64,000 bases of DNA, taken from assembly GCA_951406725.2 (NCBI GenBank), contig OX597827.1:18662001-18726000 (forward strand), written 5' to 3'. The stretch is from Octopus vulgaris (lineage: Eukaryota). Shown piece after piece: positions 1-13,395 of the stretch (positions are counted from its first letter, which is position 1; every line of letters starts with the position of its first letter). The position numbers and the translations under genes are program-made. A model generated the notes under the pieces. That model made no database searches. It saw nothing but the letters and a program-made list of their open reading frames with translations, and was not told where the DNA came from.

Positions 1-43
1 CATGCTGTATGAATTCAAAAGGGGGCTATTTATCAATAGAAGC

Positions 44-460
44 GGATCTTTTCGGTTTGAACGGCAGTTTTTAACATATTTTCTAGGTAACTAAAAAGTT
101 TTAAACTTCGTATACTGGTAGAATGTGTTTATAAAACATCTTTTTCTCTTGGCTTTATTGAGAAAATTCTATGGTTTGTAAGATATTTGTTGTTTTTTTT
201 TCTTCAATTTCTGCAATTTCAACCAATCAGTGAAGTCTATTGAGGTAAAAAACATTCTGTGCCGTATGAATATGTCCCTCGTTTAAGAAAAATATTGGGT
301 TTATTTACATTTGTGAAGAAAAAAAGATACACTTCCCCCACCTCTAACCCTAACCCTAAAATACATTGAAATGCAATAGATCGATACTAGGGTCATATTT
401 ATGGGTGACAATTTCATATGACACCGCTAGAAAAAACTGCCGTTCAAACCGAAAAGATCC
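44..460. mobile_element. MITE (non-autonomous DNA transposon), GG...CC termini, 8-bp TSD, internal CCCTAA repeats
   Basis: TIR GGATCTTTTCGGTTTGAACGGCAGTTTTT at 44 and its reverse complement ending at 460; perfect 8-bp TSD ATAGAAGC on both sides; three more copies in the window. Confidence 0.92.
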
Positions 461-1062
461 ATAGAAGCGGTAAGAATTATTCGTTCTGTTAAAAGAAAAG
501 AAGCTTTTAGTGTTCAGACATGCCAATGGTGGTTTGGCCACTTTTGCTCTGGAAATTTTTCATCTTTAGATCTCCTTTAATGTGGACGACCAAGTTCTGT
601 CAATATCGACTTGCTGAAAACTGACGTTGAGGGAAATCAAAAGCAAACTGCATGAGAATTAGCAAAGCAGTTCAATCTAAGTCACATTTCGATCATAAAA
701 CACTTTGATGAATTATGAATTCAGAAAAAGTGTCAGTAGGTTTCTCTTTGCCTGATTGCTTCTCAGCTTGATCTAAGAGCTACAATCTGACCAATCGAGT
801 TCTCTATAATCATATCAAACGAAAATGAAAGTGGTTAGCACCCAATGAAAATAGTGAATCTATTGCCAAACCAGGACTACATTGGAAAAAAAAAATCTGT
901 GCTTTGTGTTTGGTGGAGTGTGAAAAGAATCATCTATCATGAAGTATTATACGAAACAGTTAATGCGGAGAATTATTATCGTTAAGCGAAAGCATTACAC
1001 AAAAGTTTACAGAAAAATCGTCCATCATTGATCAGTCATAAAAGTATGTTGTTTATACAAGA

Positions 1063-1424
1063 CTAGCACTATGACCCGGCAACGCGGGTCATAGTGCTAG
1101 TGCATGCATATACAGCTGCGTGCGTGCACACATACAGGCGAGTGCTGTCCAAATCTCCGACCAATCACATACAGCTAGCTGGCATTCAATTGGCGTATCA
1201 AGTTTCGGGCATTTTGATTGAGTTTTGGATAGAAAATTCACAAAAAGTCACTTCTATTGATTTTTTAATGGCTTTGCGAGGTGACTGGGGAACTGTAAAG
1301 ATGTGCACGACCACCCTTGGACGGTTTTAAATGACCATAGAAAGTGCGAACCCTCTAACTGAAAAAATGTGGATTTGTATAAAGGACGCACACACAGACA
1401 TTTTGCGGTTTATATATATAGAGA
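1063..1424 (-). mobile_element. Non-autonomous Helitron
   Basis: Minus strand starts TCTCTATATATATAAA and ends in the long hairpin CTAGCACTATGACCC...GGGTCATAGTGCTAG with a CTAG terminus; inserted between A and T with no TSD; removal restores CAA GAT AAT GCC. Confidence 0.88.
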
Positions 1425-1590
1425 TAATGCCAAACCACATATTGTCCAACTTACTCAGGAAAATATCTACAAAATAAGGAAGGTTTGCTTCACCCTCCTT
1501 ACTCTCCTGACCTTGCTCCGACAGATAATCATCTCTTTAGATCATTGCAACAATATTTTGAGGGGAAAAAAGTTAATCGATTATAAAGCT

Positions 1591-1703
1591 GCCCCGGTGG
1601 CACAATCGGTTAACGCGCCGTACTTATTAGACAGTATCTTCTTTGTGTTATTCCCAAAACAGGAGACATGCGGCGGTTATGAGTTCGAACTTCACCCAGG
1701 GTA
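1591..1703 (+). tRNA. tRNA-Ile-TAT: Intron-containing tRNA-Ile (anticodon TAT), probably a pseudogene or retrocopy
   Basis: GCCCCGGTGGCACAATCGGTTAACGCGCCGTACT-TAT, ~39-nt intron (1629-1667), then ATGCGGCGGTTATGAGTTCGAACTTCACCCAGGGTA; matches eukaryotic tRNA-Ile(UAU) architecture; mismatches in acceptor, D and T stems; TTTT just downstream. Confidence 0.8.
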
Positions 1704-1714
1704 GGATTTTAAAT

Positions 1715-1935
1715 GCGGCGAGCTGGCCGAATCGTTAACACGCCGGGTAAAACCGCTTAGCGGCATTTCGTCCGTCCTTAGGTTCTGAGTTCAAATTCCG
1801 CCGAGGTCGACTTTGCCTTTCATCCTTTCGATATCGATGAATTAAGAACCATCGAAACACGGGGGACGATGTAATCGACTTGACCCCCGCCCCGAAAATT
1901 TCAGATATTGTGCCTTTAGTTGGAAGGACTTTTAA
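1715..1935 (+). mobile_element. tRNA-derived SINE family B (central GTCGACTTTGCCTTTCATCCTTTCG domain)
   Basis: A/B-box-like head (AGCTGGC...GAGTTCAAATTCC) and conserved body shared with copies at 5856, 9225, 28505, 30453 and 36128-36735. Confidence 0.85.
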
Positions 1936-3156
1936 CAAAGGATTAATTATAAAGAGGTTAAAAATTACATTGGATGTTTCTTTGCTTCAAAACCTGAAGA
2001 TTTTTACACCTGAAGGATTAAAAATTTGCCAAATAGATGAGATTGTGTTATCAACAATGTGTGAAAATATTATCTCGATTAAATATATTCAATTAATACC
2101 AAAGAAGAAGTCTGGACAGAAGTGTATTTGAACAGAGAGAAATAAAGTGAGTTTAATGCGGTCCACAGTCGTCCTCTTGACTTCGAACAATCGCACTTTT
2201 TCCTCAATGGCGATTCAGTTAGAAAGATTTTATTTTAAAGATTATCTTTCCTTATAATTAGGAGTTGGTGCCAAATGCTACCGTGTTACAGGTCCAAACA
2301 TTATGGAAGTGGTCATAATCTCAATAAATCAAGAATTTATCTTGTATATTATTTAATATATCTTTATCCATCCTTGTACTTCAAATACCTGTCTTTGGAT
2401 ATTCTAAATTATTTCTCTTGGCTCATTTTTTTATAAAAACAAAAGACCCTAAAAGGAACCGAAACGAAATGGAAAGAAAATGTTTCATCCTTAAACTTTT
2501 CAAATGATATTGACTAATATCAAGTTTTCAAGTTATATTGCACTAACGAACCCAGAATAAGGGCGAAATAACGCTATCAACGACTATTATTGAGAAATGT
2601 CCAATAAACTGTCCAATAAACCCTTTCACTCAGAGGAAAAAAGTCTCTCCAGATAAGTAAAAAACGAAAACCAAACAAAGGATAACATAAAACCCTGAAG
2701 CAGTTCTCTCCCCTTAGGAGAATATACTCCCTCTCTTTAATCTCGCTCTCCCTCTCCTAAGAAACCATAATTAGCAGCAGCAACCACAGTTGTACTTACC
2801 AGCCAAATGCCACGGTGCGAAAAATTACTGTGGTCATGAATCCGTCGCACTCTATTTTGATATAATTGCTTTGTCTATTGAAGGGAAGGCAAGGATTTGC
2901 AATGTTGATGACGCTTGTTAAGGCAGAAACATATCTTCACAGTTGCCATTTTTTCTCCAGGACTATCAGAGTGTTAATTCCTTCATGGAATGTGAATTTT
3001 TTGTACGTCATTTTATATAAGATGTACAACTTATTTGGTTCTTGGATTTACTTGAATTTCTCATTTGTAGTCGGTGCAAATCGCTACAGAGCGATTCGCT
3101 TACTCTCTCTGGATAGGGAAATATTTTCCAAAAATATATATATATATATATATATA

Positions 3157-3334
3157 TATGCTTTATTTAAAAGCAGCAGAAATTCAATAAAAGCTGTTAC
3201 TCATAGTTTCACGTTCACGTTCGTCGAGTAAGAGCTTTTGTTGAATTTCTGCTGCTTTATTTAAAATAAAGCATATTACTCTACCTCTGGCATTTGAGTA
3301 CTCTTTTTTCCACATTTTTGTGTTTATTCCGGTA
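3157..3334. mobile_element. Fold-back cassette in (TA)n, Penelope pLTR-like, with truncated hammerhead half
   Basis: Arms ~3157-3202 and ~3226-3290 are inverted; same family as 54099-54250; (TA)n on both sides. Confidence 0.7.
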
Positions 3335-3339
3335 TATAT

Positions 3340-3495
3340 ATATAGCTAGCTAGCTAGATATATAGATAGATACATACATACACACATACATAGACACACA
3401 TACATAGACACACACACACACATATATAATATATATATATATGTATTTTATACAGATACATATGTATATATGATTGTGTGTATATATGCACACAC

Positions 3496-3585
<90 letters not shown>

Positions 3586-4101
3586 ATTCACATATGCATA
3601 CATCATATATATATGTTATATATATAAACAAATATACACATGCATACATCAATGCTTGTAAACAATCACACGCTCACACACTCACACACACATACAGACA
3701 CACACACAGACAGATATATATCCCACGTGAATACACAGTCATGTCCATGCACACACACACACGCATGTATAAAACCACACATACATACATCATTTATCGT
3801 ACGGTGCTCTGTATTCTTAGTATCAGAGATAAACTTCACCGTGCAAGTGATATACATCTGTATTTACCGTAAGAGATATACATTGATATATAAGCACTTA
3901 TATATAATATCTTTCATTCTGTATAGAAATGCTTTACATGGTCGTGTCATGTATAGATATGCACATGTATATACATGGATAAGCGGGATGCGTGAATGCA
4001 AGTATGGTTATATATGTACATGCACGTGTTTGTGTTCATGAATGTATATATCTATACATACATATATGTGTGTGTGCGTGTATGTATGTGTGTATGAGTT
4101 T

Positions 4102-4139
<38 letters not shown>

Positions 4140-4214
4140 TCATGCTTATCTATATAAAAATTTGTACATATCTTATACATACACACACACACACTCGCAC
4201 GCACACACACATGC

Positions 4215-4284
<70 letters not shown>

Positions 4285-4461
4285 TCGCAGATATACATCT
4301 AGTGTAATATATCTCTGGCAATATATTCCTCTTGTATATAAACTCGCATATCTCTGTCTGATTCCCTCTTCTCCTGCGTGCTCTCTCTCCTTTCCCTTCC
4401 TCTCTCTCTCTCTCTCTCTCTCCCTATATACATACATATATATATATATACATATATATAT

Positions 4462-4506
<45 letters not shown>

Positions 4507-4560
4507 AATTATATACACACACGCACGCACATGCATACATACGGCAACATACGTACGTAT
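3340..4560. repeat. Compound (TA)n/(CA)n/(TG)n/(CT)n microsatellite field
   Basis: Direct inspection. Confidence 0.95.
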
Positions 4561-4814
4561 ATAAACTTAAGCTGATATATCTTACAATGTGACATATATA
4601 TATCTATGCATGTTTTCGTACATATTGGAGCTAACAATAAGATTGTTCTACGAGATAAACAGTCTTAAGGAGGTGAACGGTTCGTTCACTTGGCATTGGG
4701 GGTGAAGAGGACTTGTAAGGAACCTCCACGAACTGCGTTGCCCGCCGTCAGCGACATCACCGTCGCCCAAACTCTTCGCTCTGGCATTCTTGATTCTTGC
4801 TTCTTTTCTTACTC

Positions 4815-5449
4815 TCTATCGTCGTCATCGTCATCATCATCATCATCATCGTCATCATTATCATCATCATCATCAACATCATCATCATCATCAACACCAG
4901 CACCACCAGCACCAGCACCACCAGCACCAGCACCATCATCATCATCATCATCACCAGCACCAGCACCAGCACCATCATCATCATCATCCTCATCATCATC
5001 ATCATCATCATCATCACTATGAAACCGTCACATTCATCGCCACCACCGCCATCATCGTTCTCCTTTCCCATCGTCGTCATGGCTACCACCACCGCCATTA
5101 TCATCATCGTTATCATCATCGTCACCAACTCTTCACCACTACCACCACCCACCACCGCCACAACCACCGCACCCACCACCACCACAAACTGCCGCCGCCG
5201 CTACCACCACCATAACCATAAACTTTACCACCGCTACCATCCTCCTCCTCCTCATTATCATCATCATCATCATCATCGTCGCCGTTGTCGTCTTTGCCGT
5301 CATCATCATTACCATACCATCATAGTCATCGCTAGCACCACCATCATCGTTCTCTTTCTCATCGTCGTCATCACTTCCACCACTGTCATCATCACCACCA
5401 ACACCACCACCCCACCACCTCTTCCACCACCACCACCACCACCACCACC

Positions 5450-5480
<31 letters not shown>

Positions 5481-5713
5481 CTGTCATCACTTCCGTAGTC
5501 ACTAGCGCCATAGTCGTCATCGTAATGACACTCATCATCACCACCACCACCATCGTTCACCCCCTCCTCCTCATCGTTACCACCACCACCACTACCACCA
5601 CTATCGCCGCCGCCGCCACCACCACCACCACCACCACCACCATCACCATCACCACCACCACCACCACTACCACCATCGCCACCACCACCATCGCTACCAC
5701 CACCACCACCATC
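4815..5713. repeat. (ATC)n/(ACC)n trinucleotide low-complexity tract
   Basis: Direct inspection; source of the poly-His/Ser/Pro ORFs. Confidence 0.95.
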
Positions 5714-5855
5714 AGGACCGTGCATTTTCGGTTGGCGACAGACAGAAATATGTACAATCCTTGTCTCTGGAAGAATTCAAATAAAGATTCTTGAGAGCAG
5801 AGAAAACTGGTTAACATCCCTGGCAAATGAAATAGCATTCAATAGTTTCATGACA

Positions 5856-6075
5856 ATCATAATGGTTTTAAGCTTTGGCACAAAGCCAGCAGTTCTAGGG
5901 GTGGGGTATATCGACAACATAGACTCCGGGGTTCGACTGGTACTTGTTTTATCGACCCCGAAAGGATGAAATACAAAGGTGACCTCGGTAGAATCTGAAC
6001 TCAAAACGCACAGACGGACGAAATGTTGCTAAGCATTTTCCTAGGCGTGCTATCAATTCTGCCACTTGGCTGACT
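5856..6075 (-). mobile_element. Diverged SINE family B copy
   Basis: TATCGACCCCGAAAGGATGAAA...GACCTCGG...GAACTC is the reverse complement of the family B body. Confidence 0.75.
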
Positions 6076-6103
6076 TAAACAACAACAACAACAACAACAT
6101 CAC

Positions 6104-6193
<90 letters not shown>

Positions 6194-6223
6194 CAACAAT
6201 AATAATCCTTTCTACTAATTCAT

Positions 6224-6997
6224 GACTCAAAGCAGAGACTGAAGGATTTTTAATTGCAGCACAAGATCAAAGCTTTCCCACCAAAAATTACCAAAAACAT
6301 GTAAGGGAAAAAAAATACAAGTAACTGCAGAATATGTGGAGATAGAAAAGAAACAATAAATCATATTGTGCCTGGCTGCCCAGTCCTGGCTAAGAAGGAA
6401 TATGTTCACAGATACGACAATGTTGGGATTTATATACACTGGAAGCTATGCCAACATTATGGAATAAGAACAGAAAAAAGATGGCATAGGCACACACCAG
6501 AAAAGGTCACAGAAAATGAAAAAGCAACAATACTATACGATATGCCAATACATACAGATAGAGAAATTAAGGCTAATAGGCCGGATATAGTTGTCGGAGA
6601 TCATCAAAATAAAAATGCTTTCTAATCGATGTATCAATACCAACAGATGACAATGTTCCTCAAAAAGAAATGGAGAAACTTTCGAAATACAAAGATTTGG
6701 AAATAGAGGTAACTCGAACGTGGAGTCTAAAAACAGAAGCAATTCCCATCATAGTAGGCGCATTAGGTATGATTAAAAAAAACATTCAGACAAATATATA
6801 ACAAAAACAACAGAACTAACAAGTATATATAACATACAGAAAATAACACTACTAGACATCGCACACATCCTACGTAAAACACTTTCAATACAGTAAAAAT
6901 AAGAGCATCACAACAAGCCACTGCACATACCCAAGGCACATAGAGCTGCGCTCAGTAGTGCAGTGAAAGCACGGGATAAAGATAAAACTACTGAATC

Positions 6998-7030
<33 letters not shown>
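6224..7030 (+). mobile_element. 3' portion of R4/Dong-type non-LTR retrotransposon (zinc knuckle + restriction-like endonuclease), (TAA)n tail
   Basis: LKAETEGFLIAAQDQ, CRICG..ETINHIVPGC, ENEKATILYD..TDREIKANRPDIVV, KYKDLEIE, IPIIVGALG; frameshifted; ends in (ATA)n at ~6998-7030. Confidence 0.85.
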
Positions 7031-7031
<1 letters not shown>

Positions 7032-7173
7032 GTGTAATTTAGTACTAGCAGGTATAAATTTTACTGCATACATGTAAGAGGGGTAGAAATATACTGACGC
7101 AGATAGAGATAAAGAGAGAGAGAAAGTGAGAGAAGAGCAGAGAGAAAGAGAAAGAATATTTTGTCTGAAGTGT

Positions 7174-7261
<88 letters not shown>

Positions 7262-8068
7262 CTATCTCTGAAAGCCGTTAAAAATGTTGAGATTGTATAT
7301 TAAAATTTTATATTTGCTTCGAAACAAGTGACATTAGAAGCTCTGGAAAATGTTAGAAAATGGAATCATACACAACAAAACAGTAACAACAATAATGACA
7401 ACGTCAACAAGGAAAATAAAATAAAATAAAAAAGAAAATAGATAAACAAACTGAGATAGAAGAAAGGAAATAAAAAGAAGAGCGCAAGTAATTTAATAGA
7501 AAGTCATCGAAGGATAAATCACAAGATGGTGGAAACATTTCACTGAAATCTGAAAGCTTAGACGTTTAAAGTTGTTATTCCGCTTCCATCGTAGCAAATA
7601 ATTCAATCTTATGGACAAGTGGAAACTGTACAAAGAGCAGCTTATTACTGCATAGTTAATCACAACTTCGTCTTGTAAAATATATATTATATTTTGATAG
7701 GCTGTCAAATGAAAGAAACAGACGACAGTAGTTTTCTCCGCCAGATCGAGGCAGTTAAATGTCGCCTGGACACGAGAATCTCACGAAACAACCAGGAATT
7801 ATCTGGCTATTTATCTTACTCTAATTGACCCATTATTTCTGTTTTCTCATGTAAAAGCAATGCAAAATGTTGCCGAAATTTTGTTTTTATTTTTTAATAT
7901 TTATATATCCACGGATGTAAATTTTTTTTCTCTCTCTTTTACCCGTCTCCATATTTTCAAGATATTTGGAGAGAAATCTTATAGAAGAAAGCAGAAATCC
8001 TATCATCATGTTGTCTGTACAAACCACAAGAATTATTCACGATTGGAAGGAAAAACCAGTCATTAGTT

Positions 8069-8133
<65 letters not shown>

Positions 8134-8425
8134 ATATAAACTAATGGATAAATGGAAAGAGATAAATTTCCTGTTGCAGATCTTCTGCTATCTGTCGTCT
8201 TTAATAATTATGTTGTAAGTAATGTATATTTGAAATATTCCAGGAAAGAAGTTTATGGAAACGATTTTAAGAAACAGACAGTTTGATGAGGGATGAGTTA
8301 AAGTGGAGTAAAAACTGAAAAACTGGATTAGAGAGCTTCACTGTAAGGAGTATAATAGTTGTATCGTGCTAGAGTCACATTAGTCATTTAAATATCTATA
8401 TACATATACATATATATATTTTTGG

Positions 8426-8807
8426 ACTTGTTTCAGTCATTTGACTGCGGTCATGCTGGAGTACCGCCTTTAGTCGAGCAAATCGACTCCAGGACTTATT
8501 CTTTGTAAGCCTAGTACTTATTCTACCTTTCTCTTTTGCCGAACCGCTAAGTTACGGGGACGTAAACACACCAGCATCGGTTGTCAAGCGATGTTGGGGG
8601 ACAAACACAGACACACAAACACACACACACATATATACATATATACGACAGGCTTCTTTCAGTTTCCGTCTACCAAATCCGCTTACAAGGCTTTAGTCGG
8701 CCCGAGTCTATAGTAGAAGACACTTGCACAAAATACCACGCAGTGGGACTGATCCCGGAACCATGTGGTTGGTAAGCAAGCTACTTACCACACAGCTATT
8801 ACTACGC

Positions 8808-8809
<2 letters not shown>
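8426..8809 (-). mobile_element. SINE family A (dominant tRNA-derived SINE with internal microsatellite)
   Basis: Family head AGGCGCAGGAGTGGCTGTGTGGTAAG...GGTTCAGTCCC, CCTTGGGCAAGTG core-like box, internal (TA)/(TG) tract, tail ...GACTGAAACAAGTAAAAGAG; more than 15 copies in the window. Confidence 0.9.
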
Positions 8810-9159
<350 letters not shown>

Positions 9160-9446
9160 GTTGGACAAACTATCAAAATCGTTAGAGCATTGTCAGAAAT
9201 ACTTTGCGATATTTCCCCCGCCTTTTTATGTTCTGTGTTCAAATCCCGACGTGGAATTGAATTCAGAGAATTTGCCTTTCGTCCTTTCTGAATCGATAAC
9301 ATAAAGTACCAATGAAGTACTGTAGTCTTAGAGAGTACAGACTAACCCCTTCTGGTCAAAAAGAAAAAAAAACATTAATATCTTCTGTCTTAATTTCGAA
9401 GCCATTATTTCTAATGATGGTGATGATGATGACGATGATGGTGATA

Positions 9447-9483
<37 letters not shown>

Positions 9484-9522
9484 CGGTAGTGGTGATATCT
9501 CTAATTTACGTACAAATAATTA

Positions 9523-9558
<36 letters not shown>

Positions 9559-9841
9559 ATGTATGTAGACATGCATACATACATACATACACACACATAC
9601 ACACACATACATACATACGTACATACATACATACATACATACATACGTACATACATACATACATACATACATACATACATACATACATACATACATTACA
9701 TACATACATACACACATACATACATACATACATGTGCATCCACACAGGCAGTCACGCATAAATAACCAGACATTGCTCTTGACGCAATGCACACGCAAAC
9801 ATGTGTACGTGTGTGTTTGTGTGTGCGTGTGTGTGTACGTG

Positions 9842-9899
<58 letters not shown>

Positions 9900-10249
9900 G
9901 ATATGTGGCTTTTGAAGGAAGTAGAAAGACCTAAATACCAGGAAGTAAGACCAAGTTTGATAAAAGTTTCGTGTTTTTAGATTTCAGTCTGAAATGCCTG
10001 ACTGTCTGTCTGTCTGTCTGTCTGTCTGTGTCTGTCTGTTTGTCTGTCTGGTATATGAGGGTTGGATGGGTATCAGTCATGGTGGTGAGGGGTGGGGGTG
10101 ACGGCGGTATTGACGGTGGAGAGACAGTAGTGATGGTGAGCTGAAGGGTACGCGGATGGGTGGGTGGATGGCTGGATAGGTGGATGGGTGGTTGGGTGGA
10201 TGGATGGATGGGATGAGTCGGTATGTGCTGTCTGCGATGGTATCACTCA

Positions 10250-10914
10250 GTGTGGTGGTGAGCGGGGTGGTGGTGGTGGTGGTGGTGGTGGTGGTGGTGG
10301 TGGTGGTGATGGTAGTGGTGGCGTTAGTGATGGACTGGTCTTTATCGTGGTGGTGATGGTGGTAATGGTGATGTTGTTGTCGTTGACGATGTTGCTGTTG
10401 TTGGTTGTGGTGGCGACGGCGGTAGTAGTGGATGTGATATTAATAGTCGTCGTGGTAGTTGTGTAGTTGCTGTTGTTGATGGTGGTGGTAGTGGTTGTGC
10501 CGTGGCAGTGGCGGTGGCGGTGGTGGTGGCGGCGGCTAAGTGTTGTTGTTGTTGTTGATGTTCATGGTGGTGTCGGTGGTGGTGGTGGTGGAGGTGCTGT
10601 TGCTGCTGTTGTTGTTGTTGTTGTTATTGGTGGTGGTGGTAGTGGTGGTGGTGTGTCTGTACAGATATCTCGTAATGAGTGGTAATTCGTGTTGTCTACC
10701 AACCTCATCAACGACACACCACCATCACAACCACCACCACCATCACCACCACAACCACCACCAACACCAACACCACCACCGTCACAACCAGCTCTCACCC
10801 ATATGCTACCCGTATCTTTATCAATACTTTCATCATCGCCATCACCACGTCCACCATCGCGGTCACAATTATTCTCATCGTCGTCTTCATCATCGTTATC
10901 GTAGTCGTCTTCAT

Positions 10915-10952
<38 letters not shown>

Positions 10953-11057
10953 GCAGCATCGCTACTGTCATCATCATCATTTTCATGACTACAGCCATCC
11001 TCACCACTACCTCCATCACCACCACTACCACCACCACCATCACCATCACCATCACCA

Positions 11058-11088
<31 letters not shown>

Positions 11089-11330
11089 GTCCCGAACCTC
11101 ATCGTCGTCACTAGCACCATCATCAGCGTCATCATTGTAATAATAATCATCATCATCATCGTTCATGTCATCATCATCATCATCATAATTATTGTCCTCC
11201 TCATCATAATCCTTCTCTCCTACTCCTCATCTTCATCATCATCATCAACAACAGTGGTGGTGAACTAACAGTTTGTTAGTCCACCACCACCACTACCACC
11301 ACCACCACTACCACCACCACCACTACCAAC
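10250..11330. repeat. (GGT)n tract followed by (ACC)n/(ATC)n tract around a unique core
   Basis: Direct inspection; 10630-11065 recurs inverted at 13396-13760. Confidence 0.9.
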
Positions 11331-11716
11331 ATTATCTGTGCCATCAAGAGCAGAGAACAGTGACGCATGCGCCATCACGTACGCATGGACAGGACTGTAT
11401 GCCAGTGGAAGTACATGGCGGATGAAATGGATGACTGTCAGTCGAGGGCGTAGACGGAAGACCACGGTTAGGACAGGGGTGGATTGTTATCTCTGCTAAA
11501 ATGTATAAGGGTGGGTTATAGGAGAAGATGGGTGTGTGTGTGTGTGTGTGTGTGTGGTGAGTTGTGGTGAATCCTTGTATTACTCGTGGAATGTGTCAGA
11601 AGTAGGATGGACTCGTGCGTAATCATTCGCTCTATGAATGTATATCAATTTGGGTGCATGTGCGTGTGTGTGTATGTGTATGTTTCTGCTTAAGTATGTG
11701 TGAGGAAATGTGTTCA

Positions 11717-11857
<141 letters not shown>

Positions 11858-11858
11858 A

Positions 11859-13395
11859 TTGGCTGTGTACGCCAATTGGCAGCAGAATGCGAGAATTCCC
11901 AAGTCTGTGTCTGCCAGCCGGGGGGTGCTGACGTTGATCAAGAAGGACCCGAGCAAGGCGGTCGAAATAGGGAACTTCAGGCCCATAACTCTGCTGAACA
12001 CAGAGTTAAAGATTTTGGCCAAGGTACTAGCGAAAAGGTTGGCGAGGGTCGTGGACAAACTTGTTGGGGAAGCGCAAACGTGCGCTATCCCGGGCAGGAC
12101 GATCCACGACAATCTCCACCTTATACGCTACTCCTTAGAGAGGGTGAGGAAGCTTTCTGGCGCAGGGGGGGGGGGGGCACTGGTACATTTAGACCAGTCT
12201 AAGGCATTCGATAGGGTCGACCATCGGTACTTGGCGGCGGTCCTCGAGAAGGCTGGCCTGGGCCCGACCTTCGGCGGTTGGATTGCTGCGTTGTACAGCA
12301 ACATCGAGTCCGTCGTAAAAGTGAGTGGTTTCCTTTCGAAGCCATTCAGGATCGAGCGCTCAGTGCGTCAGGGGTGTCCCCTGTCCCCGCTTTTGTACGT
12401 ACTGGCTCTCGAGCCATTATTGCGGAAGTTGGAGACACTATGGGGCGCACCGCATGATCTATGGTGTGGAAGGGGAGCTACGGATGACATCTCCATCATC
12501 GTGGCGGATGAGGGCCAGCTTCCAGTGGTGGAAGAGGCTATCAAAAGCTACGAGGCGGTGGCAGGAGCAAAGGTTAAAAAGGACAAGTCAATTGGTTTGC
12601 AGCTCGGCACCTGGAAGTGCAAGCCGATGCCGTCCAATAACATCGTGGGGCGCTGGACCGAAGGTCCTGTTAAGCTACTCGGAGTCTGGTTCGGGCCAGA
12701 CCTCCAGATAGAGAAAAATTGGAGTGAGGTGGCCAGCAAGGTGACTGCTCTAACCCAGACCTGGTCTGGGTGGGCGTTATCCTTGCTAGGAAAGGCGGAG
12801 GTGGTGCAGATGTTTATAGCATCGGTTATCACCTACCGTCTGACCGTGGTGCCTTGCCCCGATTTGTGGCTGAACAAGTTGGAGAGAATCCTTTTCCACT
12901 TTTTGTGGAAGGGAGGAAAGCCACTCGTGAAGCGCTCTGTCTGCTGCCAGAAACCGCTAAAGGGTGGGCTAGGGATGCCTTGGCTGAGGATGCGAAAATT
13001 CGCGTTAAGGTTGAGGCACCTCTGGCTTTACCTGGATGGAGAGCAGGTGTGGTCACCGCACGTTCGGTTCTACCTTCCGCAATTAACGTCCTTAACGGAC
13101 ATTGGTAATTGGATCAAGCAGAGACCTAGGCTGGGGACTAGCAATTGGAATGCCGCCAAGCACTTCAGCTACTCTCTCGGGCGGGCAATGCCGGCAATAG
13201 GAGTTTCACCACAGATTTCTATAGTGGGTTAGTGGAGGTTAAGTCCGAAGACGTTTTGGGGGAGACCCTGGGCTACGATCAAAATCAGTTAGTCAACCTG
13301 TTCCGGAGAACTTTCGGGCTGGGTATCTGGACAATTACCTGAAATCCCTGGCTTGTCAGTGTTTCCGTGCGGCGTTACCTGTTCATGATAAACTG
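11859..13395 (+). pseudogene. Tx1/L1-clade LINE ORF2 fragment (reverse transcriptase), truncated at both ends
   Basis: 457-aa ORF with NFRPITLLNTELKILAKVLAKRL, LDQSKAFDRVDH, VRQGCPLSPLLY and a damaged YADD box (GATDDI); KGGLG motif; frameshift near 13140; starts directly after (TA)n. Confidence 0.92.

Larger units (their letters stand above)
480..2130 (+). pseudogene. Degraded mariner transposase relic, interrupted by a Helitron and a tRNA/SINE insert
   Basis: Fragments translate to AKPGLH..LCVWW..IIYHEVL..ETVNAE, QDNAKPH (after removing the Helitron), HPPYSPDLAPTDNHLFRSLQ and RGKKLIDYKEVKNYIGCFFASKPEDFY; many stops and frameshifts. Confidence 0.88.

Noticed and set aside
4672-4692. Short perfect hairpin GTGAACG-GTT-CGTTCAC as terminator or ncRNA
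   Set aside because: Too short to be significant, and intrinsic terminators do not apply to this eukaryotic context
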